Assembly: GCA_036867785.1 (NCBI GenBank)
Contig: CP145420.1
Location: forward strand, 558,001 to 622,000
Length of the DNA: 64,000 bases
Direction of reading: 5' to 3'
Origin: Plasmodiophora brassicae
Taxonomy: Eukaryota
Positions 46,869-55,962 of the stretch are shown one piece after another. The position numbers were made by a program, and so were the translations under genes. Below the pieces are notes generated by a model. That model was not told the DNA's origin and did not search any database. It saw nothing but the letters and a program-made list of their open reading frames with translations. Numbering within the stretch: the first letter of the stretch is position 1; every line of letters begins with the position of its first letter.

Positions 46869-49628
46869 CTGCCTGTCGGTGCAAAAAGGAAAGGTTTCGT
46901 CGCCACGGCGATTTTGAGAAAATCGCGTTCAAAGGTTGCCCGGGGCTCGGCCATCGCGGAATCTGATTGTCGTCGTCCTTAGCTGACTGGTATGGAACTG
47001 TTACCGAGCGAAGATGTGAGGATCTTTCGTACGCAAAGGCGATATTCAGTGTGACCCGAGGTTCTCGTTCCTTGTGGCAACTCTCTCATCGCGAACATCG
47101 GCGATGCTGCTGCTCTATGCTCATCACCGTCATCGCTGGGCAGGCGCCTTTCCATCTCGGCGCCTTCGTGGTCAACAACGTATCGGTGTGGTAGTCCTCA
47201 TATGCAGTGATGGTTGCCGTCAGTTTCAGTCGATATAGCTGACTACAAGGTGTGTTTTTACTCAGGTTGCCAAGGCTGGCAAGTTCTTTCGCGCCTGGGT
47301 CTTTCTGGCAACTGCTGCTCTGGCGCCATGGAGTAGCACAGTGTCTGGTGCGGGGAACCTGTGGCGATATTTCGAGGGAATCGCTCGTGCCAAGTCATGT
47401 AGGGACTGCATTTTGATCGCATTAAGCATGACGGGCCCTTCATATTTCCGTTTCAGGATGCCCAACTCACCCTCCCCTTTGTCTATCCGTATCTTTCCCC
47501 ATGGCTCGTTCTTGCTGAAGGAATACCGGTACCACAGTTCGCCTGGATGATATACTCCATCGGTTTCCCCGAAGCTGAACCATCGAACTTTCTCGAATTT
47601 GATCGGCTGTCCACGGTAAGCTCCAATGTCTTTGCGATTGAGGACAGTGTACTTCCGTCCAAGGTACTCCTTCCAGGTATAGAAGTTCGGGTAGGAAACA
47701 TTACTGACTCGTGGCTTGTGGCCCACAGTGAAGGCGTCCGAAATGACTTCTGCTACTTCTTCTGGGACATACACCTTGCGTTTACGGAACTGCACGTCGA
47801 CTTTTGAGAAGAATCGGTCACAAGATAAGAACGTATGCCCAACGACTGGAAATTTGAGGTCAACTCGGCGATGAGTGTAGTGGCGACCGCCTCTTAACGT
47901 ATGCTCGTGAGCCCACATCATTACATATTGGTTCTTATTCTGTCCACGGCAATTGTCAGAGATCAGGATGAGGCCACCGCCGCGTCGACTGGGAGGCAAC
48001 GCCGCAGACAACTCATTCTCGAGGGTAGAGATCACTTCATCAGGTCCTCTCAAACCTTCACACTCGTTCCACACATAACAATGATGATCGCAAGTTGGGC
48101 ACCAAGGGCAGTGGATATCGAAAATGAACACTCCCAGTTGATCAACGAATCGGGCTTTCTTCAGTGGCAGGTTCGGCACGTAGAGCGTCCGCTCGAAGTC
48201 GTAGGTCATGGTGGTCCATGTTTGCATGGAATCGGGATTCGGCTCCATGGAAATCTCCTGGTCGTGGCGCATCATAGTATAACCAAACGCGGCGATAGCT
48301 CGATGGCTCTCCAACGTGTTCTGCAGCTTAACGACGTTCTCCAAGTCATTCCTGGCTTTCGCATCGTTCAGGTCTTCTTCCAATACAGCGCATGTCTCAC
48401 ACTGGTCCGTCTTAGCCCTCCTGAAACGAATGTAGCCGAACTGTTTCGCGAAATGTGCGAAGAACGTTTTCTGCTTCATGGGAAGCTGCACGACCGGTTG
48501 ATCGCTTGGAGATCCAGATTGCTGAGCGGACTGATATGCCCACCACTCAGGGAATTCATGTCGAAGAAACCGATCATATAACGCTCTCTCGCTGCCGGAA
48601 GATGGGAGGTAAATGACCGGTGAACTGCAATGGGCACGGCAATAATGGCTTGGCGTTCCTCTAACGAAACAGTGTCACACGAAGCACTGAGATGTAATAA
48701 TACGGTATTACTCTGAATGGACAACACCTTCGATGAATGCTTGCATCTTTCCCAAAACGATTGGGTCGACTTTCCTTTGCTTCCCATGCATGCCACGTGT
48801 ACTGGGTTTCATTTGTCCGGAGAAGTTGGGGTCGGTGAAGCGCTTACGTATCGATACGAGCCGCTTATCGAAGATGTTGAACACAATCATGAACATTTTG
48901 CGACAGACGTTGATTGTGCCGATCGTGTGTTCGACGTTGTACAGAACACGTAGCTTGCCCTTGGAGGATCTGGTCCTTGTCATGTGTCCGCAGAGATACT
49001 CCTGCTGTTGCTGCCAATTCATCGACCCGAACGCTGCTCTCATCGACTGAATCTGACCAGGTTCGATTCTCTCGCTACACTTTCGGGAGCATCCACAAGA
49101 CGTCACCTCAGGGAACGCTTTCCGACGTCTCTGGTTTCGAACCCATGTCGACGGGTTCGCCTGGCGCTTCTTCGGTCTCGTTAACGTTGCGATAGACTCC
49201 AGGTCGACACGGGCAGCACCAGGTTGACCTTCTTCAGCATCAACGTAGTCAATAGGGTCAGGGACAGTGCCAGAGTTGGAGGACATATCGTTATCTCGCC
49301 CCAGGTCGCTGCGACGATCTCGTTTGCTACCGACGTCCGTCATGCAGGAGTCGTTGTCAGCCACACAAGAAGTTCATTTTGCGCGCCTGCTGCCCGGGAA
49401 GCGCCGCCGGTCCCAGCACGCACTCCGCGACCGCCCTTATTTAGTGACGGTGTCCTCTGAGGACTGACTATGGCAAGGGGTTTCCGACCAAATATGAGCA
49501 CTTTCTATGTCCAGCGTAACGAAACAAACTATACCATCAGATTCGCCAGTTCGAGAGCTTTCCGATGATATACTTATCTCAAAATTGACTATGTCGACGA
49601 AACCTTTCCTTTTTGCACCGACGGGCAG
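46869..49628 (-). mobile_element. Sola1-type DNA transposon, apparently complete
   Basis: 34-bp TIRs CTGCC(T/C)GTCGGTGCAAAAAGGAAAGGTTTCGTCG at 46869-46902 and 49595-49628 (1 mismatch); 4-bp TSD ATCT at 46865-46868 and 49629-49632. Confidence 0.88.
47262..49343 (-). CDS. Sola1-like DDD transposase
   Basis: CGCSRKC, VCRKMF, SHYCR, TDQCETC, YDFER, WNECEGLRGPDEVIS, SDNCRGQNKN, VVGHTFLSCDRFF; one intron (~48662-48710) joins the frames. Confidence 0.82.
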
Positions 49629-50276
49629 ATCTATTTTAGGCTACGCAAAAATGTCTCTAGTACACAGCCCTCTCTAAATAGTGTCCGGAGTCCGAAAACG
49701 CCCTAAATACATTAAATAGAGGTCCGGCAGGTACCCTAAATAGGGCTGCATTGCGTTTCGAGCCAGCAGTGGTCGTCGTGAAGTCCAGACGTCTCTGCTT
49801 ATCATGCCCGGCAGGCAGGCATCGACAGGCTTCAACAAGGCGCATTGCATCGAATACGGTCTCAAGATCATAGGCCGAGATCCTGCGACTCATAAGGTGC
49901 GCTCTCTGCGATGCCAGTTCTGTGCCTTCTGTGGGCGCGAGGAGAAGGTTGGTGCGAAGCGCAAGAAGACGGAGAACGTCAAGTACTTTGATAAGTTCAA
50001 AGCGCAATACTACCTCCAGCACATTAGACTACAACACGCCAAGGAGTGGGAGACGTACCGCTTGCTCTCGAATGACGACAAGCTGGCGTACTTCGAGAAC
50101 CGCCAGAATTGTCACGATCAGGCAAGCTGATGCAACGAACGCTTTGACGGACTGGCGAAGTCCGTCGCGGGGTTCTCGGTTTATTCCGGACAGTCCTCAC
50201 ATAATAGTCCCCTTCTAGCGATGGGCCTCTGACGGGTCCGGGATAGAAGGGCAGACGGATGGCCTCTGATGGGTCG

Positions 50277-50520
50277 CAGACGAACGGACAGGCGGATGAG
50301 CAGGCAGACGGGCGGGCAGACGGACGGACAGACGAACGGACAGGCGGATGAGACGGGCGGGCAGACGGACGGACAGACGAACGATGAGCAGGCAGACGGG
50401 CGGGCAGACGGACGGACAGACGGACGAACGGGCAGACGGACGGACAGACGGACGAACGGGCAGACGGACGGATTAGCAGACGGACGGAGAGACGGGCGGG
50501 CGGGCAGACGGACGAACAGG
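50277..50520. repeat. GACG/CAGACGG-rich degenerate microsatellite
   Basis: Repeated gacggacg/gcagacgg/gacgaacg units. Confidence 0.85.
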
Positions 50521-50544
50521 TTTGGTTAGTGACAGCACGTCGCA

Positions 50545-52240
50545 ACCGAGGCCTTGACGTTGTGCAGGAGATGCCGAGGCGGGATCGACACTGGCGGACG
50601 GACGGACGGGTAGAGACAGCAAGCGGTCAGGGAAACACCGGCGGCCTGGGAGGCAAACAGCACGGCGGGACACGCGCACTCTGGAACTTGGACCAGCTGC
50701 GACCGAGGCCTTGACGTTGTGCAGGAGATGCCGAGGCGGGATCGGCACGGACGGACGGGAAGAGACAGCAAGTGGTCAGGGGAACACCGGTGGCCTGAGA
50801 GGCATACAGCACGGCGGGACACGTACTCTGGGACTTGGACCAGGTACGACCAAGGCCTTGACGTTCTGCGGGGGATGCCGAGGCGAGATCGGCACGGACG
50901 GACGGACGGGCGGGAAGAGACAGCAAGCGGTCAGGGGAACACCGGTGGCCTGAGAGGCATACAGCACGGCGGGACACGCACTCTGGGACTTGGACCAGGT
51001 ACGACCGAGGCCTTGACGTTCTGCGGGGGATGCCGAGGCGAGATCGGCACGGACGGACGGACGGGCGGGAAGAGACAGCAAGCGGTCAGGGGAACACCTG
51101 TGGCCTGAGAGGCATACAGCACGGCGGGACACGCACTCTGGGACTTGGACCAGGTACGACCGAGGCCTTGACGTTCTGCGGGGGATGCCGAGGCGAGATC
51201 GGCACGGACGGACGGGAAGAGACAGCAAGCGGTCAGGGGAACACCGGTGGCCTGAGAGGCATACAGCACGGCGGGACACGCACTCTGGGACTTGGACCAG
51301 GTACGACCGAGGCCTTGACGTTCTGCGGGGGATGCCGAGGCGAGATCGGCACGGACGGACGGGAAGAGACAGCAAGCGGTCAGGGGAACACCGGTGGCCT
51401 GAGAGGCATACAGCACGGCGGGACACGCACTCTGGGACTTGGACCAGGTACGACCGAGGCCTTGACGTTCTGCGGGGGATGCCGAGGCGAGATCGGCACG
51501 GACGGACGGACGGGCGGGAAGAGACAGCAAGCGGTCAGGGGAACACCTGTGGCCTGAGAGGCATACAGCACGGCGGGACACGCACTCTGGGACTTGGACC
51601 AGGTACGACCGAGGCCTTGACGTTCTGCGGGGGATGCCGAGGCGAGATCGGCACGGACGGACGGGAAGAGACAGCAAGCGGTCAGGGGAACACCGGTGGC
51701 CTGAGAGGCATACAGCACGGCGGGACACGCACTCTGGGACTTGGACCAGGTACGACCGAGGCCTTGACGTTCTGCGGGGGATGCCGAGGCGAGATCGGCA
51801 CGGACGGACGGGAAGAGACAGCAAGCGGTCAGGGGAACACCGGTGGCCTGAGAGGCATACAGCACGGCGGGACACGCACTCTGGGACTTGGACCAGGTAC
51901 GACCGAGGCCTTGACGTTCTGCGGGGGATGCCGAGGCGAGATCGGCACGGACGGACGGGAAGAGACAGCAAGCGGTCAGGGGAACACCGGTGGCCTGAGA
52001 GGCATACAGCACGGCGGGACACGCACTCTGGGACTTGGACCAGGTACGACCGAGGCCTTGACGTTCTGCGGGAGATGCCGAGGCGAGATCGGCACGGACG
52101 GACGGGAAGAGACAGCAAGCGGTCAGGGGAACACCGGTGGCCTGAGAGGCATACAGCACGGCGGGACACGTACTCTGGGACTTCGACCAGGTACCACCGA
52201 GGCCTTGACGTTCTGCAGGAGATGCCGAGGCGGGATCGAC
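50545..52240. repeat. 147/155-bp tandem satellite, ~11.5 copies
   Basis: Anchor GAGGCCTTGACGTT at 50548, 50705, 50852 (variant), 51007, 51162, 51309, 51456, 51611, 51758, 51905, 52052, 52199. Confidence 0.95.
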
Positions 52241-53759
52241 AGGAGGGTGGTGGGATAGGTAGTCCGTCAAAATGTCACGATCAGGCAAGCTGATGCAACG
52301 AACGCTTTGACGGACTGGCGAAGTCCGTCGCGGGGTTCTCGGTTTATTCCGGACAGTCCTCACAAAATGTCACGATCAGGCAAGCTGATGCAACGAACGC
52401 TTTGACGGACTGGCGAAGTCCGTCGCGGGGTTCTCGGTTTATTCCGGACAGTCCTCACAAGAATGTGCAAAACACCCTTGTCCGATATTGTGCAGCTGAG
52501 GACTCGATCAAGTTCCTGATCCACCGACCAATTGTCGACGATATCGTCGGTGATATCCTGTTCAATCGCACCGACGAGGACGTCGCGATGCCGCGCGAAC
52601 GTGCTTTGGCTCTGTTCCAGCAGCCCTGCCATGACGCAGGGACTATCAACGAGGCGGATGATCCATGTAACATGGATCATCTCTCCGACTTCTCTCTGCA
52701 AGGAATCATGCATTCAGGTCAATTTGACACATTGCACGCGATATGCACTGACCAGTGAGATGATTCCTTTGCCTTCTTGACGGCTTCTTCTCGTTCTACT
52801 AATACATTCCATCTTGTTACCCTGAATAACCTAAATAAGGTTCTGTGGCGAGCAATAAACAAGCTGTTTAGGTAAATAGTGTCCGGACACTATTTAGAGA
52901 GGGCTGCTAGTACACTATAGTGTACTACCCGTATTTTACAAAGAATACGACCCCCCTAATGTTCTCCGCGGACTTTCCGCTCGCTGTCATTTGGGGGTGG
53001 GGGTCTTGTTAAATGTAATATTTGGCAGATATAAAGTTTTGTACGTCAGAGTTTCGTTCGTTGGATTCCTTGCGGCGAGACGAGTTCGAAACTGCCTTTG
53101 TCTCGTTCTTGGCGTTTATCGTTGGCACGCTGCGTTGGGTGACAGTCGGAAGGGAGGGGTTACCCCAGCGCTGTTGAAGTGAACGGCGCGCAGACGGCGC
53201 GCATTTTTGATTGTAGCTAAATGGGGAAGGACTATGGAATTGTTAAAAACAGAGAATGGCTGGTGGAGTGTAAAATACATGTATTTTACACGTAAAAAAC
53301 ATGTTTAAAACAGCAGGGGGTTGCGCCCCCTCGCAGTACGCCTTCATACCATGGTCACGGTCCTGACAACCTGACCAGATTTGATGATCTCTTCGTCACC
53401 AACTGGGTACAAATGTGTGTCCGAAATCGCCTCGGCAAGTGTGCCTGGCTCGGCAATGCCAACGAACCCTGCGAACTCCAGTCGAATTACGTCTTCGTAA
53501 TCGGAATCATCGTCTGGCTCTTCGTCAAAGTCACGTACTACTACTTCCGAACCAAGCGACCCGGTTCAACGTGTGAAAGGGGTCATCTCGCGTATCTTTG
53601 TACGGCGATTCATCTGGGCACTTGAATGCGATCCCAGTTCCTTGCTCGACGTTGCATCCCGATAGTCGAGCGCGTAGCCGGGAGTGCACGCGGTTGCAGG
53701 ACTTGTGATTCCGCTCGCCCCCGACGACGACGACGCGCACGCACAACGAAGGCTCTGGG

Positions 53760-55242
53760 ATGGATCGGGAAACCCTTACGTTACCTGTATTTTACAGTGT
53801 AAAGTTGGTTCCTGAGTGGTGTATTTTACATGTAAAAAACAGGCTTGTAAAAAACACCCCTTTATTACAACAATTCCATAGGAAGGACAACGAAGGCGTT
53901 GCCCGGCGACGCTGCCTGCACACCGTCAAACAGAAGCGGGCCATTGTCCGTTCCGCCACAGCTCGTGGCAACATCAAGGCAACGGCACGTGAGTATGACA
54001 TCAAACCGTGTCAAATTCGTGACTGGCGAAAAAACTTAATGGGTCCGACCGACGAAACGTCGAGCGACAACAACGACGATGAAGGGATCATTCGGTTCGA
54101 ACCGTTCAGCACGCGAACGTCTAAGCGAAGGACGCGGTCTCACGGCAGAACGTCGACACTACCGGCAGACGTGAAGGAGACGATAGAGGAACATGTCAAA
54201 TACTTGGGCAGTTCTGACCTCAACATCAACGTCAAAGCCGTTCACCGGTTTGTCACATCGTAAGTTAACCGTTACGGCCAGTTACACATTACTTATTCGT
54301 GTGTATCCCAGACGGTGTCCTCAGTATGCCGCGTCCATCACGAACGCGCAGGCGTCCGAGCAGAAAATACGACGTTATCTGCATCGGAACGCCAAGCTCG
54401 TCGAGAGACGGTACACTCGGGTCGCCCAGAATACTCGCTACGACGAGGACGTTGTTCGTGACTACCTGTCGTCGGTCAACAACTTCGTCTGGGATCTTGG
54501 AATCATAGATCCGCATCTGCTGCTGAACATGGACGAGACCTCCCTACCGTTTGACCAACCGAAGTCATCGACTCTTGCTCTGAGGGGAGCTCGCACCATT
54601 CGATGCAGGACGACCGGTTCAAGCAGCAGTGCAACTGTGTGCTTAACCGTGTCGATGGCGGGGGACAAGCTCGGCATGTTCATCATTTTCAGAGGTAGCA
54701 CTATGAGTTGGCGTCGTTTTTCTTCGATCTCATTCTGATGGCAGGCGTCCCTGGAGGGCGGATCGAGAAAGAGCTCCGACTGCTCGACGCCCAGAAGCCA
54801 GAAGGGTGATGGTCACCGCTGTATCGTCCAGCAAAAGAACTGGAACGATGAAAGAGGCATGAGGGCTTACGTCGACCTGATCATCCGTCCATGGGTGGGT
54901 GGAAGACGGATGACCTCACTCCTTCTCCTGGACGATATGTCGGCGCACAAATGCCCGCCGGTAATTGACGCTCTGGCCCAACACGGCGTTGAGGTTGACA
55001 TTGTTGAGCCTCGCTACACCGGTCGCGTTCAAGTCCTGGACGTTGGTGTTAACAAGCCCTTCAAGGATCGCGTCCGATGCCTGTGGGAAAACTGGTTGCA
55101 CTCCGAAATGCAACGATGCCCGAACGTAGTTCCAAAGGTCACGCGTCCACTCGTTCGCGAGTGGGCTGTTGCGGCGTGGAACGAGGTCACTGCCGTATCA
55201 ATTACTAACACGTGGAGCGCGGTCGGGTTCAGGGTCAACTGA
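53760..55242 (+). pseudogene. pogo-type transposase (HTH + DDE_1) with a probable frameshift
   Basis: HTH NIKATAREYDIKPCQIRDWRK; LNMDET; TVCLTVSMAGDKL; LLLLDDMSAH; QVLDVGVNKPFKD; apparent extra G giving a stop near 54805. Confidence 0.8.
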
Positions 55243-55309
55243 GCGTATCCCAGAGCGTGCGATGAAACGAGACCAATCCTTTGTTGTTATAAACAGCAAA
55301 TCGCGTTCT

Positions 55310-55708
55310 TTATTCAGTTCGAATGCAGTTTTGCTTGATTACATCGAGGCATAGGCACACGGCCGACCCTCCACGTCTCTGAGACCGCGCTCTGGTATGA
55401 CGAAGCTCGCTATCTTTGCCCAGGCTCTCGACCACAAGCATTTTGTCCAGAAGTTCATCCTGACGCCATAACATTGATTTTGGCAGGAATGCTACTCTGC
55501 AAGAAGGGGTTTCGACTGTATGGACGGCGACCGCCTGCTCCTGGGATACAGGGACCCACTGGCCATTTACCTGGTCGTGTCGCTGGAGGAGCACCGGCAC
55601 GAGACGCAGCACGTCGGACGCTTTCACAGAATGTCCACATCCATCAGGATGACGCTCGCAGGAGCGACCACTGTCTGTGTAGTTCAGACCAACAATCTCA
55701 ACACGCAT
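55310..55708 (-). CDS. Small passenger protein inside the pogo element (HIRAN-like fold suspected)
   Basis: MRVEIVGLNYTDSGRSCERHPDGCGHSV..VLRL..AVAV..CRVAFLPK; convergent with the transposase and inside the TIRs. Confidence 0.6.
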   Translation of the reverse strand: MRVEIVGLNYTDSGRSCERHPDGCGHSVKASDVLRLVPVLLQRHDQVNGQWVPVSQEQAVAVHTVETPSCRVAFLPKSMLWRQDELLDKMLVVESLGKDSELRHTRARSQRRGGSAVCLCLDVIKQNCIRTE

Positions 55709-55962
55709 TGAGCAGCTATAGGTCCACGGCGACAGCAGCGTCCAATCCGCATTACGCATGTTCTGGGGGGGGGGGGGGGGGTCGGGTTCAAGGGGGGGTC
55801 GTATTCTTTGTAAAATACGGTAGACAATCGGCGGGATATACGCTGCCCGAAGCGGCGGCCCTGTGACCATGGGCAGCATGCAGGCATGCTATGAAACCCA
55901 GGACGCGCACGCACGTATGCGGCTCGGACGCTACGTGATACGTCATGAGCAAAGTGACTCAA

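Larger units (their letters stand above)
50110..52459 (-). mobile_element. Non-autonomous miniature LTR retroelement (TRIM-like) with a tandemly doubled LTR
   Basis: Three identical 92-bp TGT..ACA repeats (50110-50201, 52273-52364, 52368-52459); 5-bp TSD AGAAT at 50105-50109 and 52460-52464; minus-strand AATAAA in the LTR and purine tract AGAAGGGGA next to the left LTR. Confidence 0.88.
49804..52758 (+). pseudogene. N-terminal part of a hAT-like transposase split by an LTR element
   Basis: CQFCAFCGREEKVGAKRK..YLQHIRLQH zinc-finger-like region; removing 50110-52464 restores in-frame FENRQN-VQNTLVRY. No catalytic domain present. Confidence 0.7.
49665..52906 (+). mobile_element. Internally deleted hAT-like DNA transposon
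   Basis: 25-bp perfect TIR CAGCCCTCTCTAAATAGTGTCCGGA; 8-bp TSD CTAGTACA at 49657-49664 and 52907-52914. Confidence 0.88.
52928..55820 (+). mobile_element. pogo-like (Tc1/mariner superfamily) DNA transposon
   Basis: ~28-bp TIR CCGTATTTTACAAAGAATACGACCCCCC at 52929 and ending at 55820; TA at 52926-52927 and 55821-55822. Confidence 0.88.

Noticed and set aside
50526-52363. Long ORFs across the satellite
   Set aside because: Open on both strands because the 147-bp unit is a multiple of 3 and stop-poor; frames shift at the 155-bp units; no domain seen.
55764-55781. Poly-G run as a functional G-quadruplex
   Set aside because: Homopolymer beside the pogo TIR; length unreliable and no independent support.
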